A stretch of 64,000 nt of DNA, from NCBI GenBank assembly GCA_030264375.1, contig JASCQW010000099.1:62985823-63049822 (forward strand), written 5' to 3'. Within the stretch, counting starts at the first letter, position 1; every line of letters starts with the position of its first letter. Under the pieces are notes generated by a model, which was not told where the DNA came from, did no database searches, and saw only the letters and a list, made by a program, of their open reading frames with translations. Source of the stretch: Carcharhinus longimanus. Its lineage: Eukaryota. The position numbers and the translations under genes are program-made. This document shows, in pieces, positions 1 to 12,882 of the stretch.

Positions 1-1963
1 TTGGAAGGTGAGAAAAGTCCAAACTCACTTGATTTAAACTGCCTTCTTTGATCTCCTAGCCCTGGTCTCAGTGCCCTGTGATATTTTTCACGTTAAGTCC
101 TATCCTTGCTCAGTTCTGCCATATTGTGTAACCCAGTTAGTCAAACTTAGGAGCCTCATTCACATTTGGAATACCTCCATTCCCATTTTATTTATATAAT
201 CTATCCCCGATTCAGACAACTCAACTTGTATTCGCAACTCCCTGCTCCTCTCGTTGCTTTTCTCACATTCTCTAGTTCAGAAATCAATCTTGTCAGCCAT
301 TGCACTTCCAACCCAATTTCACATACTATATGTCTCTCTGTGTTTTCCAAAATCAACTCCTGAAACCCATGTCTTTAACTCTGACTGCAGTTTCTCTTTG
401 TCATTCCTCCATGTGTCTTATTACTAGCTATCCTTAAAAACAAAGGATTGTACTGAGTATCACCACCTACGAGCATCCAATCCTGAAAGTCCGGTTTTGG
501 GGAAATAGGGGTTGAGAGGAGGGGATGAATGAGGGATTCTGTGGAGGGGGAGTGGGGCACGAAGGTTCATTGAATATTTTTTCCAACTTCAATTGTTTAT
601 GTTCCAACAAACAAGATCATTCATCACATTAATGGTAAAGAAAATATTATTATAGACGTATGGTTACCTGTAATGTGCCATTCTAATGATTTACAAAACG
701 TGTGATCATTAGAAGGGTGGTTAAAAAAGAAAGGGATAGGCAACAAGTTGGTTAGTCTGGATAAGAGCACATGACCAAAAAGGTTTGGAGACTACTGACC
801 TATTGGTTCCTAGTTATATGAAGAGAAAGATTTGTAGCTGTTTTGAGTCTGTGGTTCACCTACTTGACAAAAATTATTTGTTATTTCAGACCAAACTTTA
901 GGTTTCTACATGTGTTATTCACACAACTTCTCAAAATGCTGGTTCAAAAAGGGTTAGAATTGCTTGTAACCTGTCATTAAATTCGAATAAAATTATCAGA
1001 ATCCTGTGAATTGCCTTCAGTTAAACTTTGTTTCATTAGAACAGAAATTGAAAATGTACAGGCGGCCTGGATATGAAATACCTTGCTGGCCTTGGTAGAT
1101 CTGTTGCTTTTTGCACTGAAGCAAAAGTATAAGTCATAATGATCACTTGCCAATTATTGGCAATTCACAATTTTTAATTGAAATTATTGGATGCTATACT
1201 TTAAACTAAGATTGCTGTAAAATATTTTTGATTTTTAGAACTGGCTTGAGATTACAAACTTTTGGAACTGTTTCCGTAATAAGTGATGATTGTGTTTTTA
1301 GACTGGAACCAGTCTTGTTATTCCAACTAGATTTTGACTTGGAAAAAACTTATGCATTTGCAAGCTTTCATTACACTTTCTAATTCCTAATGTAAAATCA
1401 GTGTACTACTTGGTCATGTGCAGAAAGTTAATAATGAAAGAGAAAATAGTGTTGAGGAAATTCTAGGTCTTTATAAGTTTTGGGAAAGAGTTTGCAACAT
1501 TTTCAGTTCTCCCGCCAACCCTCTTATGGCTCAAGCCTACATTGGGTATATTTTGCAATGGTTGTGTTGAGGCTGACCAATACCAATTACCAAATCATCT
1601 CGTAACAGGATAAAAATGAGAATGTCAAAGAATTTTTCTGATCAAAGCTGCAGCCAAATACATTGATTGATAATTGGATAAAGTAAATGACAGCAACAAA
1701 CTGTGCTGGCACATTCAGCGATGAACTTGCAATTTTTTTGACATTCAATGAGAATAAAGTGATGATTCTGACGAATATAGAAAATTGTTCTATCCTCTTC
1801 ATCAGTCGTAATCAGAGGGTGACGGGGTTACAGTAGATGTAGGTAGAATACCTCAAATCTGCAATGCAAAAACTGACGGTCTGAAAATGAGGCATTTTTG
1901 TCTTAGAGAACTTTGCTGTCTGAGCCACTGAACACTGTTTCTTCTCTGCTTGAAAAATGCTTA

Positions 1964-2026
1964 AACACAGTAAAAAGTCTGACAACACCAGGTTTACGCC
2001 AGTCCAACGCCGGCATTCCCACATCA
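1964..2026. mobile_element. 63-bp Penelope-like terminal-repeat insertion with 13-bp TSD
   Basis: TGAAAAATGCTTA at 1951-1963 and 2027-2039. Internal sequence is shared with 12477-12624 and 24767-24898. Confidence 0.8.
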
Positions 2027-2266
2027 TGAAAAATGCTTACCCAGATGAATGTCCACAATGTAAGCATACGTTCTTGAAACGGTGTGCCGGTCAGCACTGT
2101 GCTAGTTGAACCCCATTCTGGATCGGTTCTAGCTTAGAACATGAACAGCTTACTCCCTCTGAGTCTGATCGGCAGTACATCCTCAGAATCTAAGAAGTTG
2201 GGCGTAAGCTGCTAACAGAAGATTGATATTGCATGAGAACTAAGTGCAAACCTGATATGCAAACTC

Positions 2267-2514
2267 TGTGACTGAGTCTTGAATAACCCCCACAAAGCCA
2301 GTGTCTCTTCACCAAATCCAGATTTATTTACAAGCGTTAGTAATGCTCGGGCAGTTACTTCATGATACAGGGTCTACACCCTGTGTGCTGGTAAACCCAA
2401 CACTCCACCTTATGTACCTTTGCAGGGCTCCCAGATTGGACAGCTTTAGCTGCTTGAATCAGGAAGCTCATATTCTGACAGGACCACCTCATGGACCTCA
2501 TTAAAGTTGTTACA
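2267..2514 (-). mobile_element. Possible solo LTR
   Basis: TGTGAC ... GTTACA ends and reverse-strand AATAAA (tttatt near 2325); no clear TSD. Confidence 0.4.
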
Positions 2515-2966
2515 AATCTATTGCATGATAACAAAATGGGTTGCTGTGAATGACATACTCAGCTGGACATCCAAAATCCAGAAATATCCAAAATCAGTCT
2601 TGGTGCCAAAGGTACTGGATTTGTTGTACTGAACCTGTAGCTCCAGTTGAAGATGGATTTTTCCTGTGTTATAAGTTTTCTAAAGTTCTGTGTTGATGGG
2701 GAGTGCCACAAGTATCTTCTGTCTTCTTTTGCATTTTATTTTTAACTTTCTGATATTCACAGAAATGCATATTAGAAATGTGAAAAAAAACTTCAGTGAT
2801 AAACCGTGGTTTAAACTGTGAATGGGCTGTGGTCCCATTGGATACGATGTTTAACAAGCGGACGTGAATGGATTTGCAGCTTTATCCGTTGATCGTCAGT
2901 TAGAAATATCACTGTGTAGTTGTTTTGGTCAGCGGAGTTCCGACAAATTCGTAGAATTTGAAGAGA

Positions 2967-3883
2967 GGGGCTAGATTTTTACGGAGATTGGGAAGAAAAT
3001 GGCAGACAGAGCCTGATTTTGGGAATCCTCACCCCGTTTTTTTTGATTTTTAGGAATACCTTTTGAAGGTGCAGGCTGGTTTGGTTTGTGAGCTGGCAGG
3101 CTCCATTGTGGAATAGTTATGTCCCAGTCTTCCACAGTTTTCATGAAGTTGGACGGTTGGGAAGCTTTTCAAAGAGTTATATTTCATGGCATCTCAAAGG
3201 TGTGGTAAACCATAGTCTGTAGGAGGAAACCTTTTGAAAGTTGAGCTCAAAATGCCCTCAACATACCCCTTCATGCAAAAGTTTTAAGTGCTTGTAATTT
3301 CAACTGTTGAAAGTTTAAAGGGTCTGGGTGATTGATACTTCTGTTGACCTGCAGTAAAAAGTAGGTTTCAAAGAGAGTGGAAAGTTATCAATGAATTATT
3401 TTTGTTTTAAATATTTTTTACACATCCTGTTGTCACTATAAGGTTCATAGGTTCCATAAAATGTATAGTAAGGGAATGAGCATTGAAATAGATTGCTTGG
3501 CTTAGGGGGCTTGAGGCGCTGTGCGGGGAGTGGCGGTGGGAGGCACGTCGTGGTATGGATGGGGTATGAGGTGGCAAATATGGGGCATGTGGAGTTATAA
3601 AAGGTGGGTAAGGACATGAGGTGGCCATTGTAGTGGGTGAGTGGGGAGAGCATGAGGAGTGAGGGCTAGAGCGCCTTGATTTTTTTCTCATTGTAACAGT
3701 GATGAAGTCAGCCATGCATAGCATCCGGCAGCCCTGAACTTTTTCCTGAGTTGGCTGGCCTAACTGCAGCCTGCACCCACAATGAAAATCCTGTCCCTCC
3801 CGACACTCACTCCAGAGGCGGGCAGGCTGTGCTGGGAATTTTCTTAACTCCAGCTATCCACGTTAAAGATCAAAATCAAGTCC
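2967..3883. mobile_element. Old GC-rich non-autonomous TIR element; partial second copy at about 4590-4925
   Basis: GGGCTAGATTTT ... AAAATCAAGTCC ends. 3480-3760 aligns by eye with 4670-4915 ('gagcattgaaat..ttgcttggc', 'gccttgatttttt..cattgtaac.gtga'). Confidence 0.55.
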
Positions 3884-5318
3884 AAGGTGCTTGTTGAACT
3901 TTTTTAGTTAATGTTTTTTCTGAGATATGTATTCAAACAGTGCAATAGCTACCCTAACTCTTACAAATGCTAATAAGTCCACGGCAACACCATTAATTAT
4001 CTTGCAGCATCGATTGCTTTTATGATTTGGCCCTGCACTTTGCTGAAACAAACACTTCCAACAATAGAGCTGGAATTAACCTTATAGCCTAAAAAGAAAC
4101 ACTTAAAAGAGTAAACTTGTTAAACTTTTATTTCAGTTTTCATCCCGGCTCGCTCTCCCTGTCAATTTGGAGTTGGGAGTAGCATTGTTTTTTTTAAAAA
4201 AATGGTTTTGATTGGCTAGCAATAAAGTCCTTGGACTTGGATTCAATCAAACAAAATATAAGAATGAAGATTTAGTCACTTGATAGACATTGTATTTATG
4301 TTGGAAGAGAAAGGGCTGTAGATGGAATGTGTAAACCTATCCTTGATGTGTTAAGGAAATGTGAAACAAGTGTAAAAATAACTTTGATTTCACCATTGGT
4401 AAAAAGCTGTACAATTGTGCGAAAACGTACCTTGACTTGTAGTAACTGTATACACTTAAAACATGTTGAATTTTCATCCCATGGTAAATGATTCATGATT
4501 TAAGGATTTTATGATGGGTTAGCCTTGTTTTTGGTTGATTGTTGCATTTGATTGGCAACAAGTTTTCAGTTAAATGAGAGGACATAATGACATGGGGTGG
4601 TTTGGCTGGTGTTCCAGTTTCCATTCAATTACATAATATTTAACCTCACAGTAAAACTAAATTTAAGGAGCATTGAAATGGCATTGCTTGGCACAGGAGG
4701 TATGAAGGGTACTGGGGGTAGGTGGGAGGGCATGAGATGGCAAGGATGGGGCATGAGGGTGACCATTGTGGTGGGTGGGTGAGGGACGTGAGGAATGTGT
4801 AGGGTGGGTGAAGGATAGAGGGCCTTGATTTTTTTCATTATAACCGTGACAAAGTCAACCACCCATGGCATTAGGCAACCTCTGAAGTTGCCCCCTAACT
4901 TCCTGGGTTGGCTGGTCTGACAGCAGCTATTGATGTTTAAAGGTAACGAGATGCTCATTTTTATTTTGCTGCTGCATAAAATGGTTCAAAGTGGACAAAG
5001 GAGCAGGTTCGTGGAGCCATGTGTCTTCTGTTACTTGGGTCTCTTGACCCTATTCTCGTGCATGAGAATGGTTGGTGGGTGCTACAGGGTAACTATTTGA
5101 TCATGGAACCAACACACTTGAACCTCATTCCATTCTTACTCATCTTCTGCATACACTTTCAGTCTGCTGGTTCTCGCTCAAAAGCAGGAATGAAAATAAG
5201 AAGTGCTGGATAAACTCAGCAGGTCTGTCCACATCTGTGAAGAGAGAAGCAGAAGTAATGTTTTCAGTCCATCTGACCCTTCTACGGAGCAGGAACCCCA
5301 ATTGATACTTCCCTTTCA

Positions 5319-5641
5319 AATCATAGAATTGCTACAGTACAGAAGGAGGCCATTCAGCCCATCAAGTCTGCACCGACAACACTTTCACCCAGGCCCTATC
5401 CCTGTAACCTCATGCATTTACCCATCTAATCCTCCTGACACTAAGGCAATTTAGTAAAACCACTCAACCTAACCCACATATCTTTGGACTGTGGGAAGAA
5501 ACCAGAACATCCAGAAGAAACCCATGCAGATGCGGGGATCATGTGCAAACTCCACACAGACAGTGACCCTTGGCCAGAATTGAACCTGAGTCCCTGGTGC
5601 TGTGAGGCAGCAGTGCTAACTACTGTGCCACCGTGCCGCCC
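5319..5641 (-). mobile_element. HE1 SINE (V-SINE), full length
   Basis: Reverse strand: tRNA-like head GGGCGGCACGGTGGCACAGT..AGCACTGCTGCCTCACAGC, V-domain 'GTCTGCATGGGTTTC..TCCGG..CCCACAGTCCAAAGAT', and HER1-like tail 'AATGGCCTCCTTCTG..TTCTATGATT'. Confidence 0.9.
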
Positions 5642-6800
5642 GTAATCCAGGGACATTGGGGTAAATTATAATGAACCCACTGGCTGAGGACAACTAATTC
5701 GGCACAACATAAGGTTTTGACCTATGGCTGTTCTGGTTTTTATGGTTCAGCTAGCTACTCAGTGCCTTTAGTGACTTGAGCTACCACTGAAGCTAACATG
5801 GAAATAATCTTAATGCAAAATTGAAACAGTGCTGTTAAAAGTATGCGTGTTGTGTTCCTTTATCAAAACCAGAAAAGTAACCAGGCACAGTTTTCAATTA
5901 GCTGCAAAATATTTTGTATATTTCTTGATTTCTGTGTTTTTGTAGAGAATTTTTTTGCAGAGGTACGCTGGAAAAGAAATCAATATTTTGAGCGATGAAG
6001 AGTTATTTTGCTTCTTGAAGGGTTAATCTTCCAGGGGTTAGTGGAGTTAGGAGATGGGTGAAGCTTATTTTCTTTAGTTTTGTTTTTCCTAAAATATTGG
6101 AGTAATACTGGGCACGCAGAATTCAAAGATTATGGATTTTCTCAGTGTTGTGGATAATAAAATGGATATTTGTGTATCTTGTACTTCGAATTTGACATGT
6201 TCTGGTGCTGAGCAGACAGTGTAATGTTTTTTCAAACGTTTCCTGTGCTTCTTGCAGCCTTTAGTCTTTCATGGGTCATTCAACACATGCTAACCTTAAT
6301 GACTTTTTAGTGCTGTCACATGCCAATCAAATTGTGATTAGCATTCTCCAGTGAATGGAGAAAGTAAGCGTTCTTTCAGTTAAATCATTTTTGCTGCATA
6401 TGAAGATGTCCAGGGAGTGATTTTTATTTATCCTGCCCTAAAGGCCCGGTAGAAGACGATACCAGGAAAAAAGCAAATCCCGATGACAAGCCTGTAATTA
6501 GTTTTGTCTTGAGCCATCTATTTGATATTTTTGCTGCTATTATATAGTTGCTTTGCTCATCAAAGGGAGGGAATTATTGTAGAGTCGCGCTAACATGATA
6601 TATCAACTTACAATGCCACAGAATGTAAGTGAAAAGATACATACAAAAATGGCAGTTTAACCTATAGATAAAATCCAAGGAGAATGGAAAATTATGCAGA
6701 AAATCAACTGGTATGACAGCCATTTTCCAATATTTTCAGTGCCGACTGGTTTTCTCCAAAGTGGACCTGCTGATAGCACTGATCTGCATGGCGATAGAAT

Positions 6801-7451
6801 GGGCTCAATTTGACCAACCCTCTGGAGATGGGCTGGAAAGTGGAAAGCCTTGGAGAGTGGCGCCCGAGAGGAACTCAATATTTTCCCACTACCACGGGAT
6901 ATTGTCAACAGTGGGAATGTCAGTGGCATGACTGTCCATCAATCAGGGGCAAACAGCCAATTAAACCAATTAGCAGCCATTTTCTGTCTCCTGTGGCATT
7001 GTGTTTGGTCTCCAATGCATGGGGGAGCCATGGTGGCTGTCTGAGGTTGGAGGCCTTTCTCAATATAGCACCCCGGGTCCACTGGCTGTGGCCGCACCAG
7101 CGGCTTTAACACACCATTGGAGGGTGGTGCCCTCTGATTGCTGGGGCTTGCCTGCCTTGGCACAATTTTTAGAAATTTTGCCTGACCTACAAGGGCACCT
7201 GAATATGGAGGCACTCTCTTCCTCGCCTTGCAGCCTCAGTAGTGGCCATCTCAGTCCATTGAACTGCTGAGCTGTCAGTCCTCTGATTGGGCCGGCACCT
7301 CGGTGAGGCTGACTGCCATCTTCAACAGGGTGGCCTGGCAGCTGTCTCTTGGCCATTGCCACAGGATCCTACCGTACGTACAAACTTCTGCTTGGACATG
7401 GAAGTCACTTTCGATCCTGGAGTGGGGGACAATTTTGGTAAGATTTCAGCC
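6801..7451. mobile_element. Old GC-rich non-autonomous TIR element
   Basis: GGGCTCAATTT ... AGATTTCAGCC ends around a GC-rich island in AT-rich sequence. Confidence 0.5.
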
Positions 7452-8821
7452 AATGTGTCAGTGTTCATAATGAGTTGCTGCAGTCAAGCTGTATTGCTAG
7501 TGCCCGACAGTAGGGAGCACAGATCCAGGATGAAAGTGAACAATGCACAAACGAAGGAATTATTAATTTTAAAGCGAATTGTTTTGAAGATTCCAAAGTT
7601 TTTCAGATGAAAGGTAGAATTTACTCTCATTGCAACAGCGGAATGTGGTACAAAATGACTACCTGTATTTTTGAAATACCTTTGACTCTTTGAAGTTTGA
7701 TATCTGAAGGGTGCTCTCCAAATCTCTGGATGAATAATTAAATTCATATTCCTATATGATTATAAATATGTGTGCATTTACGGGGAAACTAAGTACAGGA
7801 GGAAGATGGGAATAGGGTAAGAGTTAAATGAAGTACCGTGAAAGGAGACTCGTGCAGAGACAGAGCAGTTGAGCCGAATGATCTGTTTCTGTGCTGTGAG
7901 TTCTATATAGTTTGTTCCAGAGCAACATTTCAGAGGAGCTGAAAAATTGGATTCTGAGCTGATCCTGTGTTTCATTGTCTTCATGATATAGTAGTAATTT
8001 GCATTATTCCCCAAGCATGCTAAACTGAATCAGCTTAGCACAATTGGCAGGGCAAGGGGCACAAAAATAAGTTGTAGTCACAAAAAGTGCAGTCTGTGAT
8101 CATCATATCATCTTGGTTCAGTTATTTAGTGTAGGAATGCTTTTGACAGGAGCAGAGCTGTCAGTGACATTGGCTTCAGGTGTGTTTTATAGATCTCTTG
8201 CCTGGTATGTTTCTGATCTTAGCTAAATCTTCAGAGGAGATGCAGAGCAGATTCACAGCACTTCTTTCACAAAGAATGCTGTAAAGTCAGAAAGTTAATA
8301 CTGCAGTGCCTTCTTACATGTGTCTGGCTTAAGTGTAACTTTAGGAACCTTCGTACAGGCTCATAATTATTCCCCGAAAAACATCATGTGTAATTAGGAA
8401 AGCTAGAGAGAAAAACAAAAACCATTATCTATTTAAAACATTGTATTTAGCTTATTCTCACATATTATGTTCCCCATTATATGCAAACTGCCTGCAGCCG
8501 ATTGGCTCATGTTGTATTTCAGAAGCAGCAAATAATCACAACTGCACAGATATGGATCACGTGTTATCTTCGTCCAACAATCAGGAATAAAAACTGTCCA
8601 TCAGTAATTCCATGAAAGGGGTTGAAACAGAAATGCCAATCAGTAACGGAGACTATAGTGAGGATAAGGGAAACAAAGTGAATTGCTCAGATTCTTTGGC
8701 TGTCTTCACTAAGCTTAAGGCTTGTAGCATAATAAAAATAAAATTGCTAGAAAATGATTGAAGTTATCTTGAGGATATTTTGTGTTTGATTGACATGACT
8801 GCTTTCTACCTGAAACCTTTA

Positions 8822-9305
8822 GGGGCGATTTTACCAAAAGATTTCTAAGTGCCAAATAAGTGTGAAAATGGGAGAGTTGGGCCCAATTTTTGGGGCAAGC
8901 TCCCTGCCGCAATCATATGACACTTGAGGAAAAAAAAATTAGGCAAAATGTGATTTGCGTCAGGAGGGGGAGTGAGTGGAGCCTATTCACGCTGGGAAGC
9001 TGGCTGCTGAGCTGTAGGGGCATTATTGCGCATGCGGTAGCATTGTGCATGCACTGTGCACAAGGTCTGGCACTGCTCCCACCCCCCAGGACATCGCATC
9101 TCCTCTCGATTCCTTCCCCCACCTGTCTAATCACCCCTTGCCTCCAGATGATTGTGGGCACTAGGCTGATTATGTCCAGCAGAACAAGGCTGGTAATATT
9201 GAGAGAAGCAAGAAACCGGGCACAGAGCCTGTTTTTCGTCTCTCACCTAATTTTACTGGCTGACCACGCCAATCGACTGCCACGATGAGCCGGTAAGATC
9301 ATCCC
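8822..9305. mobile_element. Non-autonomous TIR element (PIF/Harbinger-like MITE)
   Basis: Ends GGGGCGATTTTACC ... GGTAAGATCATCCC form an imperfect inverted repeat; flanks TTA / TTT. Confidence 0.65.
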
Positions 9306-9359
9306 TTTGTCTAAATGTATTAGCCATGCATGCCCTTGGAGCCAATACTATTAGGTGAG

Positions 9360-9698
9360 GAATCATAGAATCTGTACAGTGCAGAAGGAGGCCATTCAGC
9401 CCATCGAATCTGCACCGACCACAATCCCATCAAGGCCCTATCCCCATAACCGCATGCATTTACCTTAGCTAGCACCGCCCCCTCCCACCCCGACACTAAT
9501 GGGCAATTTAGCATGGCCAATCCACCTAATCCACACATCTTTGGATTGTGGGAGGAAACTGGAGCACCCAGAGGAAACCCACGCAGTCACAGGAAGAATG
9601 TGCAAACTCCACACAGACAGTGACCCAAGCCAGGAATCAAACCTGGGTTCCTGGCATAGTGAGGCAGCAGTGCTAACCACTGTGCTACCATGCCACCC
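9360..9698 (-). mobile_element. HE1 SINE, full length
   Basis: Same head, V-domain and tail as 5319-5641. Confidence 0.9.
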
Positions 9699-9929
9699 CA
9701 TGGTGGCACAGTGGTTCAGGCGTCTGAACTATATCAGATATAGTTACTGGCGCAAACTAATGTGAATAACTTCAGAAATACTTGATTGACAGCAAGATGT
9801 GTCAGTCCCACTATATGCTTGAATGTTCTGGTTGTATGAAAACCTCAACTAGCATATAAACTTTTTCTCCTGAACTAGTTTTCTGGGGAAGAAACCCAAA
9901 ATATTTTGTATTGGAGTAAAGAACAATGT

Positions 9930-10200
9930 ATGGCATGATCCCATTGCTTTTTTAAAAACAGAGCAGGGACATTAACCCTTGGCCAATATTTATCCACAAT
10001 CGACATCATAAAAGAAACAAATTACCTGATCATTATCACGGTGTTTGTGGGAATTTGCTGAGACCAAATTAGCTGCTGTGTTTCCTCTCGTATAACAGTG
10101 CCTACACTTCAAAACAGAAAGCACCTCTAGCTGTAAAGCGCTTTCAGATGTCCAGAGATCATGAAAATCATTGCTTAAATCCAAGGCCTTCCTTTTTCTT
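9930..10200 (+). mobile_element. Deu-domain SINE (SacSINE1/AmnSINE1-like)
   Basis: 'tggccaatatttatcc..tgtttgtgggaatttgctg..caaattagctgctgtgtttcc..acagtg.ctacacttcaaaa..gctgtaaagcgcttt' Deu core and L2-like tail. Confidence 0.75.
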
Positions 10201-10680
10201 CCCTCCCATCCTCTTTGCTTCTGCCCCTCTCCCCTTCTGATCTTCTCTTCCTGCTTCCTTCCTCTCCCTTCCCTTCGGCCTTCCTCCTCCTCCTTCCTAC
10301 TCTCCCTCCCTTCCCTTCTGCCTCCCTACCTGCTTCCTTCTGCCCCTCTTTCTTCTCTCACTCCCTTTCTTCTCTCACTCCCTTTCTTCTCTCACTCCCT
10401 TTCTTCTCTCACTCCCTTTCTTCTCTCACTCCCTTTCTTCTNNNNNNNNNNNNNNNNNNNNNNNNNNNNNNNNNNNNNNNNNNNNNNNNNNNNNNNNNNN
10501 NNNNNNNNNNNNNNNNNNNNNNNNNNNNNNNNNNNNNNNNNCTCTCACTCTCTTTCTTCTCTCACTCTCTTTCTTCTCTCACTCTCTTTCTTCTCTCACT
10601 CTCTTTCTTCTCTCACTCTCTTTCTTCTCTCTCCCTCCTGCTCTACCTGCCTCCCTCCTTCCTTCCCTTCCTCCCTCCCT
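10200..10680. repeat. Polypyrimidine tract with a 17-bp minisatellite (TTTCTTCTCTCACTCYC)n spanning a gap
   Basis: Direct reading of 10349-10631. Confidence 0.92.
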
Positions 10681-12416
10681 CGAAGGGTGTGAAATTATTT
10701 GTCGCAACCAAAGACAAAGTAAAATTTATAATTTGATCTTTGAGGAAATATTTAATAATATGATAGTTGGATGGGAGAGGTTGAAAGGTGTTTGGACATA
10801 AAATTAAGCCCATTTGTATAAATTTCGTATGTGTGTGTCTAAGTGGCTAAAATTTAAAATTGCATGCATTCAAGAAGAGCTGCCAATTCCTTATAATTTT
10901 GTGCACTCAACATTGCTATTAAATGTGGAATCAGTGACCCATTAGTAATACAATGCAAATAATTAACACTGAACTGTGTAGGTACAGCAGTAAAGTGTGC
11001 ATTAGAGGAATTGCTCAAACTGCAGAGCGGTCTTTTCAGACCATACCTATTGTTTCCAGTTCTGTTCACTGAGGCAGTTCAGCTGTAAAGGACTAGAGGA
11101 TTGATGTANNNNNAGATTGAAGAAATGTGTTTTTTTTTCATAATTGAAAGAAAATGACTTAGAGGTGATCATGTGGAGAAATTTGATATCTCATTTGTAG
11201 TTAAAGTGGGACAGCACCACACAGGAGGAAAAGAAAAATATGGCGCCTGTATGAGCTCTGAGCTGCTATCCTACACTCTCATTCATCCAGTTCAGAGCTG
11301 CTCTTGCAGAGGTTTGGAGGAAAGTTGCTTTTCCACCTGTTGTCTTGCATGTGGATTGATTCATGTCTCGGACCTGGAACAGAATAAATTGCATGTCAGA
11401 CATGCATTATTGAAAGGACATATAATCTGAGAGTAATGATCTATAATATGCAAAGAGAGAAATTGAAAAGTTTCAATTTCATTTATTTGTAGAAAATCTC
11501 TTCATTTTAAGAAGTTTCCATATAAGACTAGATTCCAGAAAAAACATGGAAAACTTGGTGGATTATTCTCCAAAGAATGTAATCAAAGTGACATGGGGTT
11601 GTAGTTAGAATTCAGGAAAAAAGAACCTGGTAAAATGATATCAGGAAGCATCAATTCATGTGGCTTTGACTGCATTTATGAATAGAAAAACTTAAACCAC
11701 AAACATTCTTTATGGTTACACTTAATATGGTTCATTGTTTGTAGCACATTCAAATGTTTTAAAACTCCCATCAAATTCTGAACTGTGTATATGTGAGTGT
11801 CCTAAAATTGAAAGCAATAACTTCAATCTGCACTAAACATCAAGCTCAAGTTATTTCGAACTATGGGGGAAACATTTGAATGAAGATTAGAGTGTTCTAA
11901 TTTACATAAAAGATCTACATGCGTGCTTGCTACCTGTTCATGAAAATGAAAAATAATTAATTCCTCTTGATAAGTAAAAGCAATTTTGGAACTAAATTAT
12001 AGAGATAAGAAAGCCAGCTGCAATCCCGGATCTGTGCTGAGTTAGCTGATCTCAGCAGAGGTAATAATGAGGGTGAATTTCTGCAAGGGTTTTCCTGCTT
12101 AACTGTCACAACTTAGAAGAGGCATGGAATCTTTAGGAAAACAACAAATGCTGGAGGAACCTCCTGTGAATGTTCACCCCAGTGAGATACTCCTAATGGT
12201 CTCAATGTTCCCAGACAAGTGATATCAAAATTCAATCCAGGCTCTTGTCTCTGACAGCTGCCATTGAGTACCAATTGAATCAGGCATTGCCGAGATCGGC
12301 TGCACATCAAATAGTTTACAGTAATATTAATCACGATGGAGGTGCAAAATAAAGAATTATAATTGAACCGAGTAACTGGGGAGAGGGAGCTTGCCAGTAC
12401 CTGTGGAAAAATAGGA

Positions 12417-12882
12417 TCGTAGAATCCCTACAGTGCGGAAAGAGGCCATTTAGCCCATCAAGCTTGCACCAACAATGAGGTGGCTGGGCGTTCTTGACGA
12501 AGGGACAGGCTGTCCCGAAAGCTTGCGGCTTTTGCTGCAAATAAACCTGTTTGGACTTTAATCTGGTGTTGTGGGATTTCTTTCTGTTTTACCCCAGTCC
12601 AACGCCGGCATCTCCACATCATGGCCAACAATCCCACCCAGACCCTATCACCGTAACCCCATTTATTTACCTTGCTAATCTCCCTAATGCTACAGGGCAA
12701 TTGAGCATAGCCAATTAATCTAACCCACACGTCTTTGGACTGTGGGCAGAAACCAGAGCTCCCTGAGGAAACCCACGCAGACACGGGGAGAATGTGCAGA
12801 GTCCGCACAGTTACCCAAGGCTGGAATTGAACCTGGATCGCTGGCATTGTGAGGCAGCAGTGCTGACCACTGTGCCATCATG
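12417..12882 (-). mobile_element. HE1 SINE carrying a nested insertion at 12477-12624
   Basis: HE1 sequence resumes after the duplicated CCAACAAT. Confidence 0.88.
12477..12624 (+). mobile_element. Penelope-like terminal-repeat insertion with hammerhead-like motif and 8-bp TSD
   Basis: CCAACAAT at 12469-12476 and 12625-12632; TTGACGA-A-GGGACAG-G-CTGTCCC-GAAAGCT. Confidence 0.78.

Noticed and set aside
5600-5641. tRNA-like A and B boxes at SINE heads
   Set aside because: tRNA-derived SINE promoters with no complete cloverleaf, so no tRNA gene is called.
10171-10736. 173-aa Ser/Leu/Phe-rich ORFs
   Set aside because: Translations of a pyrimidine minisatellite and an N-gap.
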